Below are positions 23,301 through 36,931 of a stretch of 64,000 nucleotides of DNA, in pieces. Both the position numbers and the translations under genes were made by a program. Within the stretch, counting starts at the first letter, position 1. Each line of letters starts with the position of its first letter. Under the pieces are notes generated by a model. The model made no database searches, was not told where the DNA came from, and was given only the letters and a program-made list of their open reading frames with translations. The DNA is taken from assembly GCA_021613535.1 (NCBI GenBank), contig CP075497.1, positions 3,224,001-3,288,000 of the forward strand, in the 5' to 3' direction. The stretch is from Adineta vaga (taxonomy: Eukaryota > Animalia > Rotifera).

Positions 23301-26300
23301 ATGTGCTTGTTTTGAACCAAGTCTTGATTATGTGACTATTAAAGTTCCACGATGGGATTTAAGGAAATTTGTTCGTTGTTCAAATAAGATTGGCAGTTCG
23401 AGTAATTGAAGATGAACATTTTTATGGAAATGAAAACACGATTGTTTTCTTTTATTTTTTAGTGAAAAGTGTAGGTGAAGTGATGTCAATTGGTCGATCA
23501 TTTGAAGAAGCTTTTCAAAAGGCTTTAAGAATGGTTGATGAAGATGTGACTGGTTTTGATCCATATTCTCGAACAATAACAGATGATGTAACGATTCTTT
23601 CACTATTGTTTAATATTTTCAATTTATTCTCTTATTCTAGGAATTAAGTAGTCCGACGGATAAACGTGTTTTTATATTAGCCACAGCTCTTCGTCAAGGT
23701 TATTCAATAGAACGTTTATTTGAATTAACAAAAATTGATCCATGGTTTTTAAATAAGTTTTCAAATATTGTTGAGTTTATTATTAATCATTCTGATTCAT
23801 CATTAATTCAAGATCGATCACTTCTACTTGAAGCAAAACGTTTAGGTTTTTCTGATAAACAAATTGGAATGTATTGTGGTAGTACGGAACTTGAAGTTCG
23901 AGCATCACGAGAACGTTTTCGTATTCGACCATTTGTTAAACAAATTGATACGGTTTCTGGTGAATGGCCAGCACAAACAAATTATCTTTATTTAACTTAT
24001 CATGCTAGTAATGATGATATACAACCAAGTGTCAATGAAACATTACCAATTCTTGTTCTCGGATCAGGTGTTTATCGAATAGGTAAATAGAGACAAATCA
24101 TTCAAATTGTTTTATTTTTCAAGTAACATTTTCTAGGCAGTAGTGTGGAATTTGATTGGTGTGCAGTTGGTTGTTTGAAAGAATTGAGACGACTTGGTCA
24201 TTATACTTTAAGTATGTTTGTGGAAAAATAAATTTGATTTAGTCGTATTTAATTCATTTATTTAGTGTTAAATTGTAATCCGGAAACTGTTAGTACGGAT
24301 TATGATATGAGTGATCGATTATATTTTGAAGAAATTTCATTTGAATCCGTTCTTGATGTTTATAATTTTGAACGACCACATGGTATTATTCTTTCCATGG
24401 GTGGACAATTACCAAATAATATTGCAATGGATCTCCATCGACAAAGTCATGTTAATGTTCTCGGTAGATATTCAACAATGATAGACATTTTGAAAGATTC
24501 ATGTGTTTCTTTTTCTTTAAGGTACACTTCCGGAAAGTATTGATGCGGCAGAAAATCGTTTTAAATTTTCTCGTTTACTTGATGAAATGAATATTCGTCA
24601 ACCAAAATGGAAAGAATTATCGAATTTTGATAGTGCTAGTATATTTTGTGATTCAGTTGGTTATCCATGTCTTGTTCGTCCATCATATGTTTTATCGGGT
24701 GCAGCAATGCGTATTGTTTTTAATGCAAAAGATTTAAAAGCCTATTTAAGTGAACATGGCCTTTCAAAGGAATATCCCGTTGTTATTTCGAAATTTATTC
24801 TCGATGCAAAAGAATTAGATATTGATGCTGTTGCTTTGAATGGTAAAGTTGTTCGAATGGTATATATTCAATATTGTTTTTTTGTAAATTAGAAAGCAAC
24901 ATATTCTAATTCTATCTTCTAGGCTATTTCTGAACATGTTGAAAATGCTGGTGTTCATTCAGGTGATGCAACTCTAGTAACACCACCACAAGATCTTAAT
25001 GAACATACAATTGAAAAAATTCAAGGAATTTGTTTTTCAGTTGCTAAAGCATTACAAATATCTGGTCCATTCAATTTACAATTGATTGCAAAAGTGAGTT
25101 TTTTTTTCCACATGGAAAAAAGTCTCATTGATCTCTCTCTATCTATATATGTTTAGAATAATGAATTAAAAGTAATCGAATGTAATGTTCGTGTATCACG
25201 TTCATTTCCATTTGTTTCCAAAACACTTGATCATGATTTCATTGCTGTTGCAACACAAATTCTAGTCGGCCTGGAACCAGAACCAGTTGATGATGTTGTT
25301 TTCCTTCAATCTGAACGTGTTGGTGTCAAAGTTCCACAATTTTCATTTTCACGTCTATCGGGTATGAAAAGAAAATTGATAATGAATCTAATCTTTACAT
25401 TCGATTAAACTATTTTCGTGCAGGTGCTGATGTTTTACTTGGTGTTGAAATGATGTCAACCGGTGAAGTTGCTTGTTTTGGTGTCGATCGTTTTGATGCT
25501 TATTTAAAAGCATTAATCAGTACTGGCTATCGTATACCAAAGAAAAATATTCTTCTTTCTATTGGTTCGTACAAAGCCAAACAAGAATTATTAGTAGCTA
25601 TTCGTACATTAAAACAACTTGGCTATGAACTATATGCTAGTATTGGTACAGCTGATTTCTATGAAGCAAATAATATTAGTATTCATCCAATCGATTGGAA
25701 ATATGAACAAACAGAAATAAATTCAAATGGATTAGAAAATGGTAATGGTCAACTTGATTCACCATCAACAGAAAACAATCCACAAACAACAATTGCTGAT
25801 TATCTTGCCAACGGTTCATTCGATTTGGTTCGCTTTATGTCATTCGATTTAAAAACTCAATTCTCATCTGATTAATTTATTTTAGGTTATTAATATTCCA
25901 ATGCGTTCTACTGGATTATTTCGTGCATCTTCATTTGTAACTCAAGGATATCGATGTCGTCGATTAGCCACTGATTATAGTGTACCATTAATGACTGATG
26001 TTAAATGTGTGAAATTATTTGTTGAAGCATTACGTCGATCTAGTCGACGTGGTACAAATATTGATATGGCTATTGATTCTATATCAACAACAACACTTAT
26101 TCGATTACCAGGTTTAATTGATTGGTGAGTGAAATAATTTTTCATTATTTCTTTTTTTTTCTTTCTAAACATACGTATATATCTGTTTTTAGTCATGTTC
26201 ATTTACGAGAACCTGGTGATGAACATAAAGAAGATATTGCTAGTGGTACAGCTTCTGCTCTGGCTGGTTAGAATCTGAAGATAGATTTTCCAAAGAAATA

Positions 26301-28897
26301 ATATACTTTTTCTTTCAGGTGGTATTACCATGATTTTAGCAATGCCAAATACTAAGCCTGCTTTAACCAACGCATCCGTATTGGAAATGACTGAAAAACT
26401 TTATGAAAAGAAAGCTCTTTGTGATTATGGTTTATATATGGGTGCAAGTGTTGATAATGCTGAAGCTATTTCTGAAATAGCTTATCGTTCTGTTGGATTA
26501 AAGATGTATTTGAATACAACATTTGGTGATTTAAAACTAGATAATATGGAAGCATGGATGAAACGTAAGAAAGAACGAAGCAATTTGTTTATAATAGAAA
26601 AAGAAACGTTCTTTTGATGATTTAGATTTTCAAACTTGGCCACAAAACATGCCAATCGTTGCTCATGCTGAAGGTCAAACAGTTGCAAGTGTATTATGTT
26701 TAGCTGAAATTTATTCACGTAGTGTTCATATTGCACACGTAGCTCGTCGAGATGAAATTTTTTTGATTCGAGCAGCCAAAGCCAGAGGTTTACCAGTTAC
26801 ATGTGAAGTTACACCACATCATTTATTTCTTCATCGTGATAACACGCAACACATTTTGAAAGCGTATGGTGATAACGAAGGTTTTTGTCATGTTAAACCT
26901 GAATTACAAACAATTAGTGATTGTGAAGCTCTATGGGATAATATGGATATTATTGATTGTATTGCTACGGATCATGCACCACATACACGCGAAGAAAAAG
27001 CAAAAAAAGATAATCCACCACCAGGTTTTTCGGGTTTACAAACCGTTTTACCTTTAATGTTAACTGCTGTCAATAATGGTAAATTAACAATCGAACAGTT
27101 GATTGAAAAAATGTATACAAATCCCAAACGAATCTTCAATTTACCTGATCAAGGTAATGATACATTTATTGAAGTTGATATGGAAAGAAAATGGATTATT
27201 GATGATCAAAGTTTATTATCAAAATCGGGTTGGACACCATTTATTGGTATGCCAATGCGAGGTGCGGTACATCGTGTTGTACTTCGAGGTGAAGTTGTTT
27301 TTGTTGATGGACAAGTATTAGCTGAACAAGGAACAGGAAAAAATTTAATGAATTCACGTGTAGAACAGAATCAATTGAAACGAGTTAAAACACCACAAAA
27401 TTTACCATTAGATTTAAAACGTTCACCAAATCATGCACCACAAATACGACAACGATGTAAAGAATCTTGATGAGATATTTAATGATTTGACGTTTGTTTG
27501 TTTTCTTCAAATAGATATTAGTGAACCTAGTGCATTGGATAGACCAGAAGCATTACAGAGAATGGGTCTTGGTCTAACAAAACAACATATACTTACTGTT
27601 TTGGAATTAACTCGTGCACAAGTATATTGTCTTTTTGATATTAAATATATCTGATTGCTAACATGGTATTTTTCTAGTGTCGAGAAATCTTTACATTAGC
27701 ACATCAATATCGCAATTGTCATTTACATCATCGTCCAATTGAACCAATCTTAACTGTAATTTATTGATGTTTATATCAGATTTTGCATGTTAAATTTCAT
27801 GTTTTAGGGTAAAATTTTATCACATATGTTTTTTGAACCTTCAACACGTACGCAATGTTCATTTACCGGTGCTATGTTACGTCTTGGTGGTAGTGTTATT
27901 CCATTTGATAGTCATTTATCTTCAGTTCAAAAAGGAGAATCACTTGAAGGTAAAAGATATTCATTTTTTAACATAGAATTTTTTATCTTCGATATACATA
28001 CAATAGATTCTGTTCGAATGTTAATGAGTTATGCTGATGTAATAGTTATTCGTCATCCAGAAGTAGGTGCTGTTCAACGTGCAGCTAGTATTTCACGTGT
28101 ACCAGTAATTAATGCCGGTGATGGTATTGGTGAACATCCAACGCAAGCTCTTTTGGATATTTTTACTATTCGAGAAGAAATTGGTACATTCAATGGTTTA
28201 ACTGTATGTATTTGATCTTTAAAAGAATTTATTTGAAATGAAATCTATTTAGATTACAATGGTTGGAGATTTAAAACATGGTCGAACAGTTCATTCTCTT
28301 GCAAAATTATTAACAATGTATAGTGATAGTATGTTGTTATATTTTGATAGTTTTGCTTCTTTCATATAAATACAATATGTTTTAGAATCTATTTCACTTC
28401 ATTATGTTTCTCCACCTTCATTAGCAATGCCACAAGATGTTGTTGATTGTGTTGCATCAGCAGGCATTTCACAAGTATTGATTTTTTTGTAAAAAAAACA
28501 AAACTAAATATGACTCGTTGTTTTTTGTCGTTTTACTATAGAAATCGCATATAAATTTAGAAGAAATTCTGCCAGATACCGATGTTCTTTATATGACTCG
28601 TATTCAAAAAGAACGTTTTAATTCCGAAGAAGAATATAAAAAGGTTTTTATTTCCTACTTTAAAAATATTAAACTTCTTCTTGTCATATTTTATAGGCTT
28701 GTGGTCTCTATAAAATCACTCCTCAACTGATGCGTAATGCTAAAAAACATGGCAAAATGATTGTCATGCATCCATTACCACGTCTTGATGAAATCAGTAC
28801 TGCATTTGATAGTGATCCTCGAGCTGCCTATTTCCGTCAAGCTGAGAATGGTCTTTACATTCGGATGGCTTTGTTACGCTTATGCTTTCCAAATTAA
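20349..28897 (+). CDS. CAD: CAD multifunctional protein (glutamine-dependent CPSase, dihydroorotase, aspartate transcarbamylase); many introns
   Basis: [18 protein letters not shown]; GICLGHQ and QFHPE (GATase); [17 protein letters not shown] and GIHTGES (CPS); [22 protein letters not shown] (DHOase); [22 protein letters not shown] (ATCase). Confidence 0.98.
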
Positions 28898-29058
28898 GTT
28901 CATGATAATTCGTTATTTCTTTTGTTGTTGTTTTTTTTTCATGTACAATCGTCAGATTATCTTCTTTTAAGATTTTGATGATTTGTTATTGTTTAAGCAT
29001 TTGAATAAAAAAAACAAGTTTAAGGTGTTTTTTTTTATTGTTAGCTCATTTTTAGATC

Positions 29059-29370
29059 ATGTCGAAAGTATTTCGTTTTGCACCAGCCGTAAAAGAATTA
29101 CGTTTACATTTATGTCAAAAATCATCGACAAGTGAAGGTGCACGAAAATTTATTGAACAATTCTATGTGAATTTAAAACAACAAAATCCAACAACACCGA
29201 TATTGATTCGAGAATGTTCAAATATTAATCCAACATTATGGACACGATATGAATATGGAATTGAAAAACAAATTCCATTAACTGGCATGAGTGCTGAACA
29301 AGTCTTAAATGCAGTCGAAAGTTTAACAAGCAAAACAACGTCAACCAGTGCCAATCGGTTGCCAAAATAG
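29059..29370 (+). CDS. NDUFA2: NADH:ubiquinone oxidoreductase subunit A2 (B8), single exon
   Basis: KELRLHLCQKS..SEGARKFIEQFYVNLKQQNP..PILIRECS...LWTRYEYG. Confidence 0.95.
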   Translation: MSKVFRFAPAVKELRLHLCQKSSTSEGARKFIEQFYVNLKQQNPTTPILIRECSNINPTLWTRYEYGIEKQIPLTGMSAEQVLNAVESLTSKTTSTSANRLPK

Positions 29371-29538
29371 ACTTTTGTACTTTTTTTTCTTCTTTTTCTC
29401 ATCTTCGACTTACCATTTAGATAGATTATGACTCTTCTCTTTGTTTCCTAAATAAAAGCACACATGTTTGAATCCAATAAATGTTCATTTGATCTATTCC
29501 TATTTTTAGATTAGTTTCATTCGTTTTAGCATCAAAAT

Positions 29539-31844
29539 ATGGATGAATTGAAGAAAGATGATCGTTTTAATCATATTATGAAAGATCCACGTTTTCGTCC
29601 GGCATCAAAAAGTGAACGAAAACTTAAAATTGATCGACGTTTTGCATCGATGTTCAATGATTCTAAATTCAAATTGAAATATACAGTTGATAAACGTGGA
29701 CGACCATTGTTAAAAGAACATACAACACGTGATGACATGAAGAAATTTTATCATTTGGAAGAAGATGAGGATGAAAGTAGTTCAACATCATCTGAAGAAG
29801 AATCAGACAATGAAATGAAAAAGAAAAAAAAATCATCAGATGATGAAGAATTAAATGAATTACTTGAAAGTGAAGAAAGTGAAGAGAGTGATGATGACGA
29901 AGATGAAGATGAAGATGACAATAAAGGTGAACAAGAAGAAGAATCAAGTTCTTCCGATGAAGATGAAGAAATTCCTAATGCTGAGGATGGCATTGAATGG
30001 AATGACTTTGATGATAAATGTGTTCGGTATATACTTTTTATTTATCATTAAATAGAAACAAAATGATTTTTTATTTAGTACTGAAGATGTTAGTCATCGA
30101 ATAGCTGTATGCAATATGGATTGGGACCGTGTACGAGCTGTTGATATCTTTCTTCTTTTAAATTCTTGGAAACCAGCTGATGGTACTATTAAATCTGTCA
30201 CAATCTATCCATCAGAATATGGATTACAACAATTGGAAACGGAAAAAAAGTTTGGTCCATTACCTGGAACTACAAAACCAGTTAATACAACTGATCAGTA
30301 GGTTTTCTCTTTTTACATATTCGATATGTCGTGTGTTTTCCATAGAAATGGTAATGGTAGTGGTCATCAAAGTGAAGCTGAAGAAGAGCCTGATGAACCT
30401 GAAGTAAAATCTGATGATGATGATGATGTACCAAACTACAATCAAAATGATGATCAAGATACAACTGATCCAGTTATGCGTGAACGTTTACGAAAATATC
30501 AATTAAATCGTTTGAAATATTACTATGCAGTTGTTGAATGCGATAGTGAAGCAACAGCTGCTAAGATTTACGAAGAATGTGATGGACTTGAATATGAAAC
30601 CAGTGCTGTTCGTTTAGATTTACGTTTTATACCGGATTCAGTTACATTTGATTCTTCTATTCCACCACATGATCAATGTACGCAAATACCAGATAAAACA
30701 TTATATAAACCACAGTTATTTCGTAACACAGCATTAACACAAACAAAAGTACGTTGTACATGGGATGAAACACCTATTGAACGACGTCGATTAACAAAGA
30801 AAAAATATACATTAGAAGAATTAGAAAAAGTTGATTTAGATGCTTATTTAGCATCTGGAACTGATGAAGAACCCGAAGAAGATGACGCTGAAAATAATGA
30901 AGATAGTGAAGATGAAAATGAGAAGAAAAATGATGATGGTGTTTTTAAAGTTCCAACATCTATACCTTCAGCTTCTAAAAATAACAAAAAAAATCAACCA
31001 ATTGTTCGAGCACCTAGTATCCTCAGTACTCAAGATGACATAGATCGTTATAGGTATATTATACATCAAATTTCTTTTCTTATAGAAACCTGTTTTTTTT
31101 TCTTCCTTTCTTTTATTTAGAGCTTTACTATTAGATTTTAATGAAGATCCTAAACCGGAAAAAAAATCTAAGAAGAAAACATTAACAACTTTCTTCGACG
31201 AAGAGGCCAGTGATGATGAAGCGTCTCGAGAAGCTATTGGTGATGATGGTGACGATGATAGTGAAGATGATATTGATATGGAAATTACATGGACACCAGG
31301 ATTAAAAGGCAAAATTGACCAAAAAACGACGAAACAAAATGACAAGAAGAATAATAAATCAAATCTTGTTAAAAATCAATTGGAACAAGAAGACAATGAA
31401 AGAGAAGATTCATTTGATAATAATCGAGAAACACTTGAATTACTAGCTGTAGACGATGAAGTTGATGGTAAACGTGACTATAATCTTCGTGATATGATTA
31501 AATCTCATAAACAATCGACGAAAGCAGCTGCTAAAAATGCTAAAAAATCGAAAAAACATCAACAAAACGTGTCAACTGAAACTATCGCCAACAATAAATC
31601 CAATGATGATGCTTTTCAATTAAATGTTAATGATCAACGTTTTGAAGCTATTTTCAATAAATCAGCATTCAATATCGATCAAACTGATCCACAATTCAAA
31701 GCAACAGCTGGTACACAACGTTTAATCGAAGAAAAATTAAAAAAACGAAAATTAGAAAATATATCTTCTTCATCATCACGAACTGGTCATGATGACGATG
31801 ATATTGTTGCTAAATTGAAAAGAAAATCTGCAAAAAAAGATTAA
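29539..31844 (+). CDS. ESF1: ESF1 nucleolar pre-rRNA processing protein
   Basis: [16 protein letters not shown]...VDKRGRP; [17 protein letters not shown]; IYPSEYG; [19 protein letters not shown]; MEITWTPGL; NUC153-like [21 protein letters not shown]; acidic tracts. Confidence 0.95.
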
Positions 31845-32886
31845 TCGTTAAATAAAAACAAATTGTTTTGTATGATGATAGGAAATTCATTTCTTTTTTT
31901 TCACTTTTTAAAACCAGAAATCGATGTCGTGAGAGAAAACTTCATAATTATATTAAATTACAAGATATATTTCGAGATGAAAATTGTTTTTCAATTGAAT
32001 TATATATCCATTCTATGATTGATTACTCATTTCATGTAAACATGCAATCAATGAAGAATTGTACTTTTGTTTTAGAGCAAAAAATAAGTTTATTCATCTG
32101 ATCTTTTCATGTATGAAATACGAATAGATCTTTGTTCTGTTGAAAACTCACCTAATGAATATTCATTATTTATTTTTACTCTTACGACTACTATTGTTTT
32201 CCTTCAGTTTTTGTTTATCTGATACAAATGTATTGACATTCTTTATTCAAGAAGAAAAATGTAATTATAATAGAATAGAAACTGATCTATACAGACATAC
32301 GCATTCGTCATTATTTTTGATAATAAAATATGTCTTAATACTATGGAATCCTTATTAATATTAATCCAATTATAATTCTCGAATGGTTCATAAAACTACG
32401 ACAAAAAAAATCTTCTTTCTGATATAAAAGGAAATATTCATTAGCCTGTAAGTCAAGATTTCTTTGAAGTTCTTCGATTAATATACATAATTCCATTTCT
32501 TGCTGTTCTTTCCAATGCTCATATCACTATATTCAACAAAATCATGAAACAATCATAGTTACATTGAGTATCTTTTTCTCTTTCGAAATCTTCGAACATA
32601 AATCAATTAAGAATTGCTTATCATGTATATCTTATTCTCATCCGCATATCAAACATGAGATCTATGCGAGTTTCTACAATTTTTTCCGCTTTGCTAGCAA
32701 GATCAGAGAGATAAATGACAAATCGCTTTAATTGGAAACGTCACTTTCAAGGCTATTCTCAATCATTATGAATTTCGTTATTAATGTTTTATTTCAAACT
32801 ATTCAATCGAATTGATTTATACTCTTTATCTACTAATAAAAATACACACATATATTATGGATAAAAAGAAACTAAAAAAATATATT

Positions 32887-34905
32887 TTATAGATAGAATG
32901 GCATGTCATTCGTCGTTAACCAATTATGCTGTCGTAAAATTTCGTTAATGAGAAGTCGATTTTCTTTTAAACAATTTTCTGCATATAGATGTGTACGAAA
33001 ACTCGTTTGAAGATCTTCAATTCTTGTACAATTATCAGTAGCTATCGATCGACTACGAAGAATTAGTTCCAATAAAGATAAATAATCAGTTGTTATCTAA
33101 AAAAGAAAATAATAATTCATATTAACAAGAAAATAGATTGAGAAATTTTACTGCATCTGTTATTTCTCGATCTGCTAATTCTCGACTAATTATTTCCATG
33201 ATTAATCGTCGATCTGAATCAAATAAAAGTGCGTCACTTGTCGTTGCTTGATCACCGAATAAATCTTTGAGGAATTTTATAACTGAATTCATTGTTTTAC
33301 ATTCAATTGGATCGACTAATTTTAATATAAAAAGATAAATTATTTTCTAAAAATCATCATTTTTCACTTACCACCACGGTTAAATAATAGAATCAATCGT
33401 TCGACTAATTCTCGACATGATATCTGTTCATTAACAGCTAATAATGTTAACATTATCGGATTTTCACGTGGACAATCAAAACGTAAATTCAATGATAAAA
33501 TAAATTTCATTAATATCAAAATAAATTCATCATCATCATTATTATTTTCAATTAATTCAAAAATACTTTTTAAAAATACACAATTAGAAATTTGACCTAA
33601 ATTAATAATTGTCAAAAACATTCTCGAAGAAAAACAATTTTTACCATAACTATGCACCGGAAATGGTTCGTTAGTTAGAAGTAAATCTATCAAAAGGTAA
33701 AGAGCAAAAATCACCGTCGATTTTGTATTGTCACCTAAAATAATTCATATTAAATTAAGTTTTATATTCATTTCTATGGAATTCAAACATAAGCATTCTA
33801 CAAGCGTACAAATATCAATAGAAACAACTACATACACATGCACTAAGCATAATAAACACCTGTCGAATAAATATTAGTAATACTTGTTTGAATGATTCGA
33901 AGACAATTGGATACAATTGGATGATCAATAACATTTGATACGGCAAACATTCGATCGATTTGACAAAGAAGATGAACGATATTGCAAAGTCTTCCATGAA
34001 CTTGATGACCAACATTCTACATAACATATATGAATAGTTTATTTTCATAAACGAAACATATACGAACCATTCCAGTTAAATTCATTAAATCACCAAGTAA
34101 TATTCGTACATCTTTCTTTTCAATGACTTTTGAAAGTAAAGTACAATGAAGATTTACGTGTGCTTGCTAGAAAGAAACAAATTGGAAAATTACATAAACA
34201 TATCGAACATTATTATCATTTATTCTTTCTGGCATTTGTAATAGACTTACACAAGCAGAACAATTCCCTTCAGGAGATTATTTATTAAGAGTAAAAGAAA
34301 AGAGCTATGCATTTATTGGGCCGGAAATTTTCTGTTCAGCCGTTTTCCGGAAATAGATATTAGAGAACGGCTAGAATTCAAATTATGTTTCTATTGTTAA
34401 TATAAAATCCGTACAACTTCTCCTATTAATATATATATATATATATATATTATTGATGATGTTGTTTTGTTTACTTACTAATAATTCTTGTAATTGATAA
34501 ATACTTTCTAAAAGTGTTGTTGTATCTCGTCCTAACGTATAATTTCGTTCTTCACAATCATTCGAACATGTACTTATCGTCTCAATTAATTGACGAAAAC
34601 GACAAAGATCAGGATGATTTGTACTTTGATCAAAACGCTTTTCAGAAGAAAAACAAAAAAACATTTTTATAATTAAAATAAATAAAAAAAAGTCTTACTT
34701 CAACTGCGTTTTCGATATCTTTCCATTGATTATCATCAATATGTATTTGTGATAAATAAGAAATTAATTTTGATGCTAATTGAGAACATGATACATAACT
34801 TGATTGTGTTGATGAATGTATTAAAGAAATCATATCTGTGACTATTTCATCTGAACGATCAGTTGTTTCATCATCACCATTATTCATTGTTATCGAATGG
34901 TTCAT
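32887..34905 (-). CDS. NCKIPSD/SPIN90/WISH-like Arp2/3 activator (armadillo/DUF2013 region)
   Basis: EIVTDMISLIHSSTQSSY; CEERNYTLGRD; FILSLNLRF; LVERLILLFNRG; KFLKDLFG...FDSDRRLIMEIISREL; YLSLLELILR..RIEDLQ parallel SPIN90 motifs (EKLLLLLNRG, KFLQDVF, RLPDLQ). Start uncertain (34905 or 34887). Confidence 0.75.
34428..34451. repeat. Intronic (TA)n microsatellite
   Basis: About 12 AT units directly visible. Confidence 0.9.
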
Positions 34906-35079
34906 AGAAGTCAAATGTAATAGATACAAACGATCAAAAACCGGAAAAAACGAATGAATAGTGATGACAACGTCGTTGTAAACTTATCGCCAAGTGTATC
35001 AACATTTGTAGTGCGTCACTCATCGAAGAAAAATAGTCGCTTTTTCTTTTTCTTCCTGTTACTTTGAAAAAATATAAAT

Positions 35080-35112
35080 AAACCTGATTGGTCGAAATTT
35101 TCACCAATAAAA
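35080..35112. promoter_or_regulatory. Paired CCAAT boxes in the divergent NCKIPSD/M6 promoter
   Basis: ctgattggtc and tcaccaataa in opposite orientations within a ~370-bp head-to-head spacer. Confidence 0.4.
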
Positions 35113-35274
35113 ATCATTGTCTTTCTCTATTTGTCTGCTTGCTTATGTGATTGCTTGTTTATTCAGTCAGTCTATCTGTCAACATACATTCGTTTCGTTT
35201 CGATTTATCTCGGTGATATAATCAAACGTTTATACATCTTACTCAATTTCTAATTAATTTCTCGTTCGAATAAT

Positions 35275-36477
35275 ATGCTAGTTCATGATCGTATGTATTT
35301 GAATAAAAATAAACTGGGAAAATAATCGTCTTTTCTGTTCTCTCCATAGGCGATGTTAGTCGATTCGCTGATCGAAGTCGAGAACTTTGGTCAGAACGAA
35401 CAATGTCGGAAGTAAAATACAAAGAGAACAGTTCGTATTGATTATTTTTATATGTGAAATGATTTACTTTCTAAAATTTTTCTTCTTTTTTTTAAAGATT
35501 TTCTTCGTTGTTGTGGAAATTGTCCATTTGCATCGTTTCTTGCATTTATTCTCACATTAGTTGGTACTGGTATTTGTTGTGGATGTCTCTATTATCGATT
35601 ACAAATTACAATTGAACAAATTAATAATGCATTTCAAGTGGAATATATTGATAATGATTGGTAATATAAAAAAGATCAATGAAATTTTAACTTCAAATTG
35701 TGTTTTTGTTCTTATAGGACTCGAATTTTACGTTTAGCAGTTATATTTGTTTTAGCAATTATGGGAGGTTTTTCAATAATTCTACTTATCATTGGATTAT
35801 TAGCAACAGGTGCTACACGTCATCAAGTTTATACAGGATTTCGTTCTCGTCTTGGCGGTCGTATTGCAACAGGATTCGTATGTTTTTACTGGAAAAAGAT
35901 TCATCATAACTCATTCTATTTTTAGTTTTCAATCATTGTTTACAGTCTCTTACTTATATGGTTATTTGCAATGTTAGCTTTAGTTGTACCAATTATTGGT
36001 TTATACATTCTTAAACATCGTTGTATGGAAGCTTGGACAATTTCAACTGCATCAGGTTTACCCAATACTGCTTCACCAGTATTATGTTTAACACCAGGAA
36101 CATATGGTATTCCAACGCCAAGATATAAACCTGATGCAAAAGCTTGTCAACAACAATTCAATGATTTATGTACATTGGTACGAGATGGATATGAAGAGTA
36201 AATGATTTATTAGATTCTTTTTTTTTTCAGACCGAACATATACCACGATATGCAATTGCGTTACTTGGTTCATTCTTGGTTGTTTTAGGTTTGGTAAGAA
36301 AAAAAGATTCTAGTCTGTTGATGTGAAAAAACCAATCGAATAAAATATTTGTTTTAGATTCATTTTCTTTGTTGTCTTGTGGCTAATTATGCTCATATAA
36401 AAGATGGTAGAAAATTACGCGATTATGAAGAAGCAATTCGTGAAGAAATTGAAACATCCAAACTTAATCAAAGTTAA
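35275..36477 (+). CDS. Proteolipid protein M6 (PLP/DM20/GPM6 family)
   Basis: CCGNCPFASFLAF; GLLATGATRHQVYTGFRSRLGGRIA (Drosophila M6-like GFLATGATRHKVY..RSRVGGR); 4 TM segments; HFLCCLVANYAHIKD. Confidence 0.9.
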
Positions 36478-36931
36478 ATAAAGATTATTTATTAATTCAA
36501 TCAATCAGATCAACTACTCTTTTTTTGTATTGTACTATAAAATGTGAATAAGAAATCAATGTTTGCTTTTTTTTATATACATACCCTATGAATCGATTTG
36601 TGTGAATGAAGTCTTCCAACGAATAATGAATCATATTCGTTTTGTCAGATGTTTAAGAGTCCATTTTCATCTCAGATTTCATATGTAATATGCATGTATG
36701 TATTTGTTTATATAATCATTTTTCTTCTCAGGTTTCTTTTTTTGTTTTTTGTTTTTTCTTTTGAAAAACAAGTGCCTTCTTTTCCATGTTGACTTCTATC
36801 TAAATCTTGTCTGGTCTATGAATATAAATGAATAAACATACGGTTGGTGTTTCTGAATATTTCTTCTTTCTCATATTAAATCTCTTGTCTACGATTTGTA
36901 GATATATCGAAAATTTAGTTCATTTATTCGC

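Noticed and set aside
23395-23470. Apparent premature stop in CAD (KIGSSSN*) and similar ORF breaks elsewhere
   Set aside because: Resolved by normal GT-AG introns (SS-M-KSVGE across the junction).
29669-30464. Ser-rich and His-rich ORFs on the minus strand
   Set aside because: Antisense shadows of ESF1 acidic GAA/GAT tracts.
34318-34380. GC-richer small hairpin (agccgttt...gaacggct, then ctag) in an NCKIPSD intron as a Helitron end or ncRNA
   Set aside because: Too short and imperfect; no second copy or matching 5' end in the window.
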